64,000 nt of DNA from Ferrithrix thermotolerans DSM 19514 (GCA_945906305.1 CAMDQT010000009.1:1828-65827), one strand, 5' to 3'. Shown: positions 45,794 to 55,634, counted from the stretch's first letter. Notes: a model not told the origin generated them from the sequence alone. Made by a program: numbers and translations.

Positions 45794-48316
45794 TCAGATC
45801 GGCGTACCGTCCGGTGCGTAGAAACGGTCGACGAAATGGCCAGCGGCGGTGAGGGAGGCGTACTCCTGGCCCGACAGACCGACCAGCCCGCGCCAGACCT
45901 CCTCATTGGCCTCGCCGAAGGGGCACAGCCCGCCCCACTGCAACGGCGGACCGCTCCAACGCCACAGGTGACCGGGGTAGTCGTGCCAGCCCACTTCGTC
46001 GCTACCGTTACGACGCAGAAAGCCTCTGGCCCGCAGGTGCGGGTCAACGAAAAGGTCGGCCTCGTCGAGCACCGGCCCGGCCGCCACGCCTTCTGCCTGG
46101 CAGCGACGCGCCACCTCCCAGCGGTCCTCGGCGGAGGTCCACTGCATGAGGTGGGCATCGATCTCGTCGTGGGCGACGCGACGCCCGGCCGCGGTGGCAA
46201 AACGCGAATCCGCTGCCCACCGCGGTTCGCCCATAGCACGGCGCAACCCGGCCCACGCGTCGTCGCTGTGCACGCTGAGCACCACCCAGCGGTCTTCCCC
46301 CATGCAGGGGTAGGCCCCCTGTGGTGCGTCCACCAGATGGCGGTTCCCGTAGGTCGACCACGCCCGACCGGTTCGGCCAGCATCGATGAGGTACTCGCCG
46401 ATCAGGTTCAACATGTTCTCGGCCTGAGCGACTTCAACCAGCTCGCCAACCCCGGTGTCGGCCCGCCGGCGCAGCGCCAACAGGGTGGCTACCGCCCCCG
46501 CCGCGCCGCTCGCCGCATCCATGTAGTACACCGCCGCGCCGGTAACCGAAGGCTCAGCACCGCGGTAGCCGCGCAACGAGCTGAGCCCACACAAGGCCTC
46601 GAAATTCGCGCCGAAACCCACCACCGAACGCAACGGTCCACTCAAGCCCATGGCGGGCATGCGTACCAGCACCAAACGCGGGTTACGACGGTGCAACTCG
46701 TCCCAGCCGATACCGAGCTTGTCGATCACGTCGACGGAGTTGTTCTCGACGAGCACATCGGCCTGCTCGACGAGGCGCAAGAACAGCTCCACCCCCTCCG
46801 CCTGACGCAGGTCGAGGGTGACCGACCGCTTGTTGCGAGCGTGGACGTTGAACATCGCGGTGCGGTTCCACGGCCGCTCCCCCGGCTCGTCGTCGGGGAA
46901 GGCGCACAGCCAGCCCAGCGCGTTGAGTTGTGACTTGGCCGGACGCGGTGACGAACCACGGCTCACGTTGAAGGTTCGCGAGTCCTCCACCCGGATCACA
47001 TCGGCGCCAAGATCACCCAACATCATGGTGCTGTACGGTCCGGCCCACACCATGGTCAAGTCGAGCACCCGCACGCCGGCCAGGGGCAAACGGACCTCGG
47101 CCGTGCTCGCGGCAGGCACAATACCGGTTGGTATCCTTCGGGCGAGTTCCCGACGAATTTCCTCGTCGTGCTCGCCAAGACGCGGCGCGGGCCGCCGCAC
47201 CGCCCATCCACCGTCGATCCGCAGCGCGGCACCGGGCTGGCGCACGCGGCCAGCCACCGGATGGGAGACCTCGACGAAAGACCCTCGCGCCGCGAAATGC
47301 TCTTCGGCAATCACCTCGGCCGTGGTGCGCAGCGGGGTGAGCGGCAGGTGGGCCGGATGCGCATCATGCATAGCCTCCGCGGTGGTGCGCTCGCCCAGCC
47401 AGCCGTAGAAGAGCGCTTCGGCCAAGCTCGAAACCTCCGGGTCGGAGGTCCACAACGGATCGGCGAACGCTGCGGCGAGGCCCTCGTCCTGCAACGTGGC
47501 GGCGAGGCGGCCGGCATACGCGGGCGGGCAGACCACCTGCACCCAACCGTCGGCCGCGGGGTACACCCCAATTGGCAGTAGGCCCGATGCGTTAGCGGGA
47601 TTGCGGCCCATGATCCGTCCGTTATAGACGTACTGGGCGAAAAACGTCATCCGCCGGTCGATACAGCCGGCCTGGGTCTCGAAGTTTGAGACGTCGACAT
47701 GGCTACCAACCCCGGACTGCTCGGCCATCACCAACGCCCCCAGCGTCGCCACCGCGGCCACTGCACCGCACTGGTAGCTGATGAGCTGACCAGCAAGCTT
47801 CAGCGGCTCGCGTTCCGCCACCCCCGTGGCGTGCATGGGTCCACCCATGGCGTAGCTGAGGATCTCGGCTCCTCGCCACGACGCGTACGGTCCGTCCTGC
47901 CCGAACGGGGTGATGCTGGTCAACACCAGCGACGGGTTCGCGGCGCGCAACGACGCCCAGCCCAGGTTCCAGCCCTCGAGGCGGCCCGGTGCGAAAGATT
48001 CCAGCACGATGTGTGCGTCTCCGGCGAGCTGCGCCACGAGGTCGCGGTCCGCAGCGAGATCGAGGTCGAGCACCATGCTGCGCTTGTTGGTGTTGAGATG
48101 CAGGTGCAGGGCGCCCTGTTCCACCACCACCGCGGCTGGATCGGCGCCAGGGAATGGTCCCCAGCGACGAATCACATCCCCGCCGGGCGGCTCGACCTTG
48201 ACCACCTCGGCGCCGTAATCGGCGAGCAACTTGCCGGCGTAACAACCGGCCACCCCGGTGGCCAGCTCCAGCACCCGAATGCCGTGCAACGGGGGCAGAA
48301 CCGCAGAGTTGCTCAT
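45794..48316 (-). CDS. Tandem-domain (fused) family III CoA-transferase
   Basis: About 840 aa with two complete CaiB/BaiF-like halves (GIRVLELATGVAGCYAGKLLADYGAEVVKVE... and GVRVLDLTMVWAGPYSTMMLGDLGADVIRVE...). I prefer ATG 48316. GTG 48331 is an alternative. Confidence 0.85.
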   Translation of the reverse strand: MSNSAVLPPLHGIRVLELATGVAGCYAGKLLADYGAEVVKVEPPGGDVIRRWGPFPGADPAAVVVEQGALHLHLNTNKRSMVLDLDLAADRDLVAQLAGDAHIVLESFAPGRLEGWNLGWASLRAANPSLVLTSITPFGQDGPYASWRGAEILSYAMGGPMHATGVAEREPLKLAGQLISYQCGAVAAVATLGALVMAEQSGVGSHVDVSNFETQAGCIDRRMTFFAQYVYNGRIMGRNPANASGLLPIGVYPAADGWVQVVCPPAYAGRLAATLQDEGLAAAFADPLWTSDPEVSSLAEALFYGWLGERTTAEAMHDAHPAHLPLTPLRTTAEVIAEEHFAARGSFVEVSHPVAGRVRQPGAALRIDGGWAVRRPAPRLGEHDEEIRRELARRIPTGIVPAASTAEVRLPLAGVRVLDLTMVWAGPYSTMMLGDLGADVIRVEDSRTFNVSRGSSPRPAKSQLNALGWLCAFPDDEPGERPWNRTAMFNVHARNKRSVTLDLRQAEGVELFLRLVEQADVLVENNSVDVIDKLGIGWDELHRRNPRLVLVRMPAMGLSGPLRSVVGFGANFEALCGLSSLRGYRGAEPSVTGAAVYYMDAASGAAGAVATLLALRRRADTGVGELVEVAQAENMLNLIGEYLIDAGRTGRAWSTYGNRHLVDAPQGAYPCMGEDRWVVLSVHSDDAWAGLRRAMGEPRWAADSRFATAAGRRVAHDEIDAHLMQWTSAEDRWEVARRCQAEGVAAGPVLDEADLFVDPHLRARGFLRRNGSDEVGWHDYPGHLWRWSGPPLQWGGLCPFGEANEEVWRGLVGLSGQEYASLTAAGHFVDRFYAPDGTPI

Positions 48317-48389
48317 CGGCTGATCACCCACTCGGTGTTGAACGGGTTCGGGTCGCGTCGGTCAAGCTCGGTTTTGCGGCCGCCAGCCA

Positions 48390-49583
48390 TCAACGACCCA
48401 GGATCAGTGGCAGCGTCTTGGCGCTACGTACCTGTCCACCGGTCCAGGTGACGGCGTGGTCGGGGTCGAGCTCGAAAGAGGGGAAAGCGGCCAGCCACCC
48501 CTCGAGCGCCACGCGAAGCTCCATGCGAGCCAAGTTTGAACCCAGACAGCGGTGGATACCCAGCCCGAAGGCGCTGTGACGGTTGATTTCGCGGTCCAGC
48601 ACCGCCTCGTCGGGGCGACTGAAAACCGCCGGGTCGCGGTTGGCCGCGGGGAAGGGCAGCAATACCCGTTCTCCCGCCCGAACGGCCACACCAGCAATTT
48701 CGCAGTCCTGCCGAGCGATGCGGGCCATGGTCGCCGGCGAGTACAGCCGCAGAAACTCCTCCACGGCCATCGGCATCAGCTCTGGCTGCGCTACCAGTCG
48801 TTCCCGGTCCTCGGGATGGGTGGCTAGGTGCCACAGACTCGAGCCGATCGAGCTCCAGGTGGTGTCAATACCGGCCATGAGCAAGACGAACAGGATGCCG
48901 ATGATGTACTTGCGATCCAGCGGCGCCCCGTCGATCTGCGCCCCGATGAGGTAGGTGATCAGATCATCTGGTGGGCTGGGATCGGCGCGGCGCTCCTCAA
49001 CCAATCCGGCGAAATATTCCCGCACCTCGCGGGCCGCGGCGCTTTGCACCTCGGGCTGGTTGGCGCCGACCTTGAGGATCCGATCCACCCAATTGGTGAA
49101 CGTGGCCTCGAGCGCCACGGGAATCCCCAACATCGCCGCGATGACCCGCACCGGTACGTGCTGGGCAAATTCTGTCGCCGCGTCGAGCGGGCCTGGGCCA
49201 CGCGCCGCGATGTCCGCGATCAGCTCCCCAACGATGGTGCGGGTCAGCGGCTCAACCCGGTCGATGGCCGCCACAGAGAACGCCGGCAACAGCAAACGGC
49301 GGACATCAGCGTGGATCGGGGGATCGAGCGAAACGGGGGGAGCGATCAACAGCGGGCCTTCGCCGGGCTTGGGGCCCACCACACTCACCGTGACCGATGA
49401 GAAGTGGTCCGTGTCGCGAGTGATGGACTCGATGTCCGCGTAGCGGGTGGGGATCCACTGACCGCCCCAGCGTTCGGTGTACACAACCGGCGACTGCGTT
49501 CGCAGCCGGTCGTAGGTCGGGAACGGATCACGAACGAAATCGGGATCGAAGATATCGAAGTCGATCGACGGTCTAACGGCCAT
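48390..49583 (-). CDS. Cytochrome P450
   Basis: 397 aa from ATG 49583. Heme loop FGLGIHRCLGSNLA, I-helix LLMAGIDTT, EEFLR. Confidence 0.9.
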   Translation of the reverse strand: MAVRPSIDFDIFDPDFVRDPFPTYDRLRTQSPVVYTERWGGQWIPTRYADIESITRDTDHFSSVTVSVVGPKPGEGPLLIAPPVSLDPPIHADVRRLLLPAFSVAAIDRVEPLTRTIVGELIADIAARGPGPLDAATEFAQHVPVRVIAAMLGIPVALEATFTNWVDRILKVGANQPEVQSAAAREVREYFAGLVEERRADPSPPDDLITYLIGAQIDGAPLDRKYIIGILFVLLMAGIDTTWSSIGSSLWHLATHPEDRERLVAQPELMPMAVEEFLRLYSPATMARIARQDCEIAGVAVRAGERVLLPFPAANRDPAVFSRPDEAVLDREINRHSAFGLGIHRCLGSNLARMELRVALEGWLAAFPSFELDPDHAVTWTGGQVRSAKTLPLILGR

Positions 49584-49720
49584 CGCGTACCCCCACGGTC
49601 GGCAGGTGCAGCGTAGCGGCTCACCGCCCCGCGCCCACCGACTCGCAGCCGAACCGAACCCGACCGAGCGGACCGAGCCAGCCGGTATCGTCGGTCCGTT
49701 CACTTTCCCAAGGAGCATCC

Positions 49721-50884
49721 ATGAGCACGGCGCCCGCACCGCTGGCCGGTCTGCGAGTCATCGAACTGGCGCACTGGGTGGCCGGGCCCGCCTGTGGCGG
49801 GGTGCTCGCCGACTGGGGCGCGGACGTCGTGAAGGTCGAGCCGCCTGGCGGCGACCCGATGCGCCATCTGTTCACCCCGCCGCCGGACAGCGGGGCCACC
49901 CACAGCCCGGCCTTCAGCGCCGTCAATCGGGCCAAACGCTCCATCGAAATGGAATTGGGCGACGAGCCGGGCCGGTCCGCGTTCGAGGCGCTGCTGGCCC
50001 ACGCCGACATCCTGCTGACCAACCTTCGTCCCGGTGCGCTCGAACGGCTCGGCCTCGTGCCCGAAGACCTCGCCCAGCGTCACCCTCGACTGGTGTACTG
50101 CTCGGTGAGCGCCTATGGCTGGGAAGGTCCGCAGCGCGACGCCGCCGGCTACGACCTGGCCGGATTTTTCGGCCGCGCCGGGGTGTCCCATCAGCTGACC
50201 AGTACGGGCACGGCCCCAGCGCCATTCATGAACGGCATGGGTGACACCTTCACCGCCATGTCCGCCGTCGCTGGCATTCTCGCCGCCATCAACGAGCGGC
50301 ACCGAACCGGTCGGGGTCGCTTCGTGGAGGTGTCGCTGCTTCGCACCGGCATGTGGGCGTTGGCAGGAGAACTCGGCATGGCCGCCAACGGCGGTACTCC
50401 GAAGCCAGTAGCGAACCGAGCTGACAACCCAACCCCGCTGTTCAACGTATATCAGGCCGGCGACGGGCGCTGGTTCGTGCTGGTCGGCGTCGAAGCAGAC
50501 CGCCATCTGCCCGCCGTGCTCGCGGCACTGGACCGGTCCGACCTGCTCCAAGACGAGCGTTTCGCCGATGCCCGGTCGGTGCGCCGCCATCGAGTCGAGT
50601 TCATCACCCTGCTCGACGCAGCATTTGCCACCAGGCCGCTCGCCCAGTGGGCGGAGCGCTTTGCCGCCCACGACGTGTGGTGGGGGCCAGTTCAAAGCCC
50701 GGCCGAGGTCGCAGCCGACCCGCAGGCTGTGGCCGCGGGGGCCTGGCTGCAGCTGCGCGGTGGCGGAGGGCGCAGCGTGGAGGCCCCGGTCCGTTTCGAC
50801 CGTCAGACTCGCGACGAGGTAGCCGACGCTCCACAGCCCGGACAGCACACTGCCGCGGTGCTCAACGAGCTACCCAAGCCGTAG
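49721..50884 (+). CDS. Family III CoA-transferase (CaiB/BaiF family)
   Basis: 387 aa with AAGGAG SD. GLRVIELAHWVAGPACGGVLADWGADVVKVE, GMGDTFTA. Confidence 0.9.
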   Translation: MSTAPAPLAGLRVIELAHWVAGPACGGVLADWGADVVKVEPPGGDPMRHLFTPPPDSGATHSPAFSAVNRAKRSIEMELGDEPGRSAFEALLAHADILLTNLRPGALERLGLVPEDLAQRHPRLVYCSVSAYGWEGPQRDAAGYDLAGFFGRAGVSHQLTSTGTAPAPFMNGMGDTFTAMSAVAGILAAINERHRTGRGRFVEVSLLRTGMWALAGELGMAANGGTPKPVANRADNPTPLFNVYQAGDGRWFVLVGVEADRHLPAVLAALDRSDLLQDERFADARSVRRHRVEFITLLDAAFATRPLAQWAERFAAHDVWWGPVQSPAEVAADPQAVAAGAWLQLRGGGGRSVEAPVRFDRQTRDEVADAPQPGQHTAAVLNELPKP

Positions 50885-50899
50885 TGCGCCGCGGCCCGC

Positions 50900-51859
50900 T
50901 CAGGCGGCGGCGAGCACGATCCAGGTGGCACAACCGGTGATGAAAACCTCGCCCTCAGGGTTGAACAAACCGATATCTGCGTAGATCTTGCGCCCCTGGC
51001 GGAACCGGGGCGCGGTGACAATGCGAAAGTCGCCCTTCATCGCTACCGGCGGACGCTGGTGGATCTGCCCGTCGTAGGTGCCGAGCAGACAGGTTTCGCC
51101 CTCGACCGTCACCCCCAACTCCTGCAGGGGGAACGCCGACGTACAGTCCAGCGCGGCGATGGCGGCCAACATGCTCAGGTCGTTGCCGTCGCGCCAGCGT
51201 TCAGACGGACACCAGCGAATCCACGCCCGGTGGTCATCAATCGCACGGGTACGCAGGTGCAGACCATCCTCGTTGCTCGAACCGCAACCGAAACATTGGG
51301 AGAATTCCTCGGTGGGTGGCCGCTCGTAGGCATCGAAGCGAGTCTGCTCGGCGGCGCTGAGCGTGGCATGACCCGCAAGTTCCGCCACGATGTCAGCGGG
51401 GACTACCGGCTCCGCCGCCTCGGTGGCGGCCCAACCGGACAAAACCGCTGAACCAACCGGGCCGATCTCGAAACGCATCACCCCGCCGACCTCGTCGAGT
51501 TCCACCCGATAGGCCAGGTCGGTCAGTAGCGGGGGCGGCGAATGGAGACGAACATTGAACCGCACGGCGGGTCCGTTGAGATGGGCGTCTGCCAAGCAGG
51601 CCACCAGACCGGCAGCAGCGCCTCCGTGGAGCGAGGTCGCCGGACCCCGAAAGACTCGAGGCGCGTTGACGATGGTCCGGTCATGATCCACGATCCGATC
51701 AGGACCAGGGGTGCAGCTGAGGCAGCGGTGCGACGTCACGGGCAGGCAACGTAGCCCGCCCGCGCCCTCCTCGTCCCCACAACGGGAGACCGAGCTGGCA
51801 CATGTGCTCGTTGATGGCGCCAGTTCGGCATCGGACGACGTGCCGGGCTCGATGACCAC
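50900..51859 (-). CDS. Double hotdog-fold thioesterase-like protein
   Basis: 319 aa. The second half has the CFGCGSSNEDGLHL signature of PaaI-type hotdogs. The first half has SLHGGAAAGL. The N-terminal about 50 residues are Cys-rich and the start is uncertain. Confidence 0.65.
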   Translation of the reverse strand: MVIEPGTSSDAELAPSTSTCASSVSRCGDEEGAGGLRCLPVTSHRCLSCTPGPDRIVDHDRTIVNAPRVFRGPATSLHGGAAAGLVACLADAHLNGPAVRFNVRLHSPPPLLTDLAYRVELDEVGGVMRFEIGPVGSAVLSGWAATEAAEPVVPADIVAELAGHATLSAAEQTRFDAYERPPTEEFSQCFGCGSSNEDGLHLRTRAIDDHRAWIRWCPSERWRDGNDLSMLAAIAALDCTSAFPLQELGVTVEGETCLLGTYDGQIHQRPPVAMKGDFRIVTAPRFRQGRKIYADIGLFNPEGEVFITGCATWIVLAAA

Positions 51860-51942
51860 CTAACCAACCAGTCGCCGCCCTTGGGCACGGCGACCGCGTC
51901 CTAGCCGGTGCGCTGGCCGCCGCGGCGAACAGCGCACCCGAT

Positions 51943-52134
51943 TCAGCCTCGGCCGGGGACGTAGATCGGCGCGCTCGATCCCGATAGCAAGATCGACACC
52001 AGAATACCGAGCGGTAGGGTACCCGCATAACCAATGCCAAAGCCCAAGTTGCCGAGGAACAACATCAATAGCCACGTCGCAGGGAAGGTGGCGACCAGAA
52101 AAACGACGACACCGACGATAAGGGTCTTGATCAT
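51943..52134 (-). CDS. Small two-TM membrane protein, unknown function
   Basis: 63 aa from ATG 52134 with a strong SD (GGAGGAG 6 nt upstream). Lies in a locally lower-GC stretch. Confidence 0.5.
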   Translation of the reverse strand: MIKTLIVGVVVFLVATFPATWLLMLFLGNLGFGIGYAGTLPLGILVSILLSGSSAPIYVPGRG

Positions 52135-52385
52135 GGCGCTACTCCTCCAAACAGGCCAGGAAATCTTCCTCGCAAGAAACCGTAGCAACCGCATAGTCCC
52201 GCGGCAGGGACCGGTCGCCTAGGGTTGGCGAACCCGGCGCTTGGACCTACTCCGAGCACGAGAGAACGGACCCTAACCCTGACCCGAGGTGCACGTAGCG
52301 CCCAATGCCACCCGGGTGTCCCCGGGGAGTTGCTGCCGGTAGCGGGTTCACGCCCGCGCTGGCCCCGCGGTTGGGCTTCGATCCG

Positions 52386-52673
52386 ATGATGGGTCCGTGG
52401 CGGATTTGGCTCGACGCCAAGCAGGCGCGTAACAACGACGCCATACCCGAGATCTTGCGCACACCCCAGGCCTGCCGCCTGGTGCACGTGGCCGACTTCG
52501 CCCTGGCATCGATTGGGGCTGCCGCTCTCATGCTCTGCATACTCATTGGTATTGGTATCGGTTTACGGTGGATGTATTTGCTTGCCTCTGCTGTGCTGAT
52601 GGCCGGGCTGGGGTTCAGCACGTTTGCCCTAATCCGGCTGGCCAGGCTCGAAAGAGGCGCTGGCCAAGCCTGA
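52386..52673 (+). CDS. Small two-TM membrane protein, unknown function
   Basis: 95 aa from ATG 52386 with two hydrophobic helices. No recognisable domain and no clear SD. Confidence 0.4.
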   Translation: MMGPWRIWLDAKQARNNDAIPEILRTPQACRLVHVADFALASIGAAALMLCILIGIGIGLRWMYLLASAVLMAGLGFSTFALIRLARLERGAGQA

Positions 52674-52713
52674 GCTCTTCGGGCCATCGCCAAAGTCGGT
52701 TGGAGTTCGCCGT

Positions 52714-53598
52714 TCATCGCAACAGCGTCGAGCACGTCACCGGCCGCAAGCCCCGTGCCCCCAGCAGTGCCGTCAGGCCAACCATGGCCGCAACGGTGTC
52801 GATGTGACCGGTATGCAGGCTGATGATCGAACCGCGATCTACCGCGGCCGCGGTCGCGGCCACGATGGCGGCAGGGCCGGGGTCGGTGTAGTCGAGCGGG
52901 TCGACGTCGTAGCCGAGGGACACCTCATAACCGGCCGTGCCGGCGGCGACGAGGATCTCTTCGGTCGGCACGTCAATGGCCGACGGCCGGAAGTAACGGA
53001 CTGGGCCACCCGCATATGCCTCGAGCAGCTCACGGCAGCGCAGAATTTCCTGCACGATCTGGACACGGGAGAGCTCCGTCAGTGCCGCGTGGCTCCACGT
53101 GTGGTTGGCCAGCTCATGGCCCTCGGCCACCAGACGGCGCAGCAGCACCGGCTGAGCCTCGCCCCACTCCCCGACCACGAAAAACGTGGCCGGTACCGCG
53201 GCGGCGGCCAGAAAGTCGGCCAGGCGGGCCACGAGCATTGGGTCGCCGTTGGTGTGGAACGTCAGCGCCACCTCATTGCGGGTGCGATCACCGTGGCTCA
53301 CGTACCGGGCGGGCCCCGGCGGTTCCGGGCGCGCCATCGCCGTGGTCGGTGGTGCAGCAACCGTACCGGTCGGTGGTGCGCTATTGGTCGGCCCAGGTCC
53401 GCCAATGCTCGCGTTGGAGGAGGTTGGTGACCCCGCATCGCCAACTGAGATGCCCGACACGGCACCCGAGGCGACGGTGTCATGGCGGGCACGGTCGACA
53501 CCGAGCTTCGTGCCCACACCGACGCCGAGCGCGGCGATACCGAGAAGAAAGGCACGGCGACGCAGCGCCTTGGGGGCGACAGGGTCCGACCGTGTCAT
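52714..53598 (-). CDS. Secreted polysaccharide deacetylase (NodB homology domain), Tat signal
   Basis: 294 aa from ATG 53598. Twin-arginine LRRRAFLLG, Pro/Thr/Ser linker, NodB motifs ELANHTWSH and RYFRPS. Confidence 0.8.
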   Translation of the reverse strand: MTRSDPVAPKALRRRAFLLGIAALGVGVGTKLGVDRARHDTVASGAVSGISVGDAGSPTSSNASIGGPGPTNSAPPTGTVAAPPTTAMARPEPPGPARYVSHGDRTRNEVALTFHTNGDPMLVARLADFLAAAAVPATFFVVGEWGEAQPVLLRRLVAEGHELANHTWSHAALTELSRVQIVQEILRCRELLEAYAGGPVRYFRPSAIDVPTEEILVAAGTAGYEVSLGYDVDPLDYTDPGPAAIVAATAAAVDRGSIISLHTGHIDTVAAMVGLTALLGARGLRPVTCSTLLR

Positions 53599-53660
53599 GG
53601 CAGGCCTCACGTTAGGCGGCCCAGCGGCCTGATTCGCTTTGCTCCGCATCGGCACCCGGG

Positions 53661-54239
53661 TCAGGTGCGACCGGGCGCGGGGCGGCGACTGCGGGCCGCC
53701 GACACCATGGCCGCCGGCAGTGCGCACGGTCGGCCGGTAACGGCATCGAGATGCACGTGGGTCATCCGGGCGCCCACCTTGGCCAGCCCGTCGAGGCCAA
53801 TCTCGAAGGCGATGGTGAGGCTGGTTGTGCCTGCCTCATCGATCCAGGCCCGCAGCTCATAGGCGTCGCCGAGCGCCAGCGGACCGTGGTAGCGCAGGTG
53901 GGCGTCAACCACGGGCATCATCGGCGAGGGCTGCAGCCCCTCCTGACGGAACCCCAGCGCCAGCCACAGCTCGGACTGGGCCCGGGTCAGCCAACTGGTC
54001 ACCGCGCCGTAATAGATCAGGCCCGAACTGTCGGTATCGCCAAGGCGCACGCGTTCGCGTACGACAACGGTAGGAACGTCGCCCAACTCAAAGCGGACAC
54101 CGCACCACGTGATGTCGGCACGATTTATGTCGCGAGCAGCTTCGCCATCACGCGGCGTACCATCAGGTACTTCCCCCGCCCCAAGCGGTTGCGTGCCTGC
54201 GGCCATTCCCCCGCCGGATCTGGTATGGGATTCGTCCAT
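53661..54239 (-). CDS. 4HBT/YbgC-type hotdog acyl-CoA thioesterase
   Basis: RVRLGDTDSSGLIYYGAV (catalytic Asp region) and a single hotdog core. Start is ATG 54239 or ATG 54206. Confidence 0.75.
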   Translation of the reverse strand: MDESHTRSGGGMAAGTQPLGAGEVPDGTPRDGEAARDINRADITWCGVRFELGDVPTVVVRERVRLGDTDSSGLIYYGAVTSWLTRAQSELWLALGFRQEGLQPSPMMPVVDAHLRYHGPLALGDAYELRAWIDEAGTTSLTIAFEIGLDGLAKVGARMTHVHLDAVTGRPCALPAAMVSAARSRRPAPGRT

Positions 54240-54401
54240 CACGCAAGCTTCGGGCACGGACCCGGCGTCGCGCAAGGCGGACCGCACCAGCGATCGGCCA
54301 GCGAGCAGGCCCGAACGGGCACCGCTCGGCGCGAACCGCGAAGATGGTGACGACGGTGCCCCGGGCCAGAACAGCGGGCCCTGACACGAGAAGGGGACTC
54401 C

Positions 54402-55634
54402 ATGGACGGCCAGGCCACCACGGCAAGCGGAGCCGAGCTGCAGCGACCATTGCAGGGCATCCGCGTTGTGGACATCACCCAGGAGATCGCCGGACCCATC
54501 ACCGCCAGGATGCTGGCCGAGATGGGCGCCGACGTGATCCACGTCGAGCCGTTGCGGGGCGACAACGGGCGGAACTCGACGACGCCTTTCCTCGGCCACG
54601 AGGGGATGTTCCACCAACTCGGCAACCGCTCCAAGCGAGGCATCGCGGTGGATCTCGGCACCGACGAGGGCCGCGAGATCGTCACCCAGCTCGCATTGCG
54701 AGCCGATGTCCTCATCAACGGCACGGCACGCGGCACGCTGGAGCGCATAGGGCTCGGCTATGACGAACTGTCGGCCCGTCATGACCAACTGGTCTACGCC
54801 TCACTCACCGGTTACGGCCCCGAGGGCCCGCTCGGCAGCACCCCCGGCTATGACGTCGTGGTCCAAGCCTTCACCGGCATCATGAACCGCGAACAGGAAG
54901 GCCCCCGTCTTACCGGATACCTCTATGCCGACACGGCCACGCCGCTGGTACTGACCAACGGCATCTTGCTCGCGCTGATGGCTCGTCCGATGATCGGGCG
55001 GGGTCAGCTGGTGGAGACCTCGCTGCTGCAAGGCGCCCTGCACATGTTGTCGAACTTCCTGCTGTGGGTGCAGGACGACCCCATTCTCTCGCGGACCAAC
55101 GGTACCAAGCGGGGCGGAAAGGGCGGGGCAGACCCCACAACCTGTGTCTACCCCTGCGCCCAGGACAGCCACCTCATGCTCTCGGCCTGGAACGACGCCC
55201 AGTTCCGCAAGCTGTGCGATGCCCTCGACGTGTCCCACATCGGCGAGGACCCGAACTACCTCACCCGACCGCAGCGTTCGGTGGCCTTCACCGAGCTGAC
55301 CGAGTTGTTCGATGCCCTGCTCGCCGGCCGGACCGCGGCCGAGTGGGTGGAGGTGCTCGGCCCGCTCGGGGTGCCCTGCCAGGTCGTGGCCGAAGGGCCA
55401 CGCACCATCATGGACCACCCTCAACTAACGGCCAACGCCATGATGGTCGAGCTCGAACACCCCACCAAAGGGCGGATGCGTCAGCCGAACTATCCGGTGC
55501 GTCTCAGCGAGACACCCGCCGCGATCAACGGCCCGGCACCACTGCTGGGTCAGCACACCGACGAGGTCCTCGCCGAGCTCGGCTACCGCGATGCCGACAT
55601 CGCCGCGCTGCGCGAGCGCCGCATCGTGGCCTGA
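54402..55634 (+). CDS. Family III CoA-transferase (CaiB/BaiF family)
   Basis: 410 aa with GAAGGGGA SD. GIRVVDITQEIAGPITARMLAEMGADVIHVE, YLYADTATP. Confidence 0.9.
   Translation: MDGQATTASGAELQRPLQGIRVVDITQEIAGPITARMLAEMGADVIHVEPLRGDNGRNSTTPFLGHEGMFHQLGNRSKRGIAVDLGTDEGREIVTQLALRADVLINGTARGTLERIGLGYDELSARHDQLVYASLTGYGPEGPLGSTPGYDVVVQAFTGIMNREQEGPRLTGYLYADTATPLVLTNGILLALMARPMIGRGQLVETSLLQGALHMLSNFLLWVQDDPILSRTNGTKRGGKGGADPTTCVYPCAQDSHLMLSAWNDAQFRKLCDALDVSHIGEDPNYLTRPQRSVAFTELTELFDALLAGRTAAEWVEVLGPLGVPCQVVAEGPRTIMDHPQLTANAMMVELEHPTKGRMRQPNYPVRLSETPAAINGPAPLLGQHTDEVLAELGYRDADIAALRERRIVA

Noticed and set aside
45686-46933. 415-aa plus-strand ORF
   Set aside because: It is antisense to the fused CoA-transferase gene, is low complexity, and has no motifs.
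52355-52395. tRNA-like T-loop resemblance (GGGCTTCGATCC)
   Set aside because: The flanking sequence does not form T-stem or acceptor-stem pairings, and no cloverleaf could be drawn.
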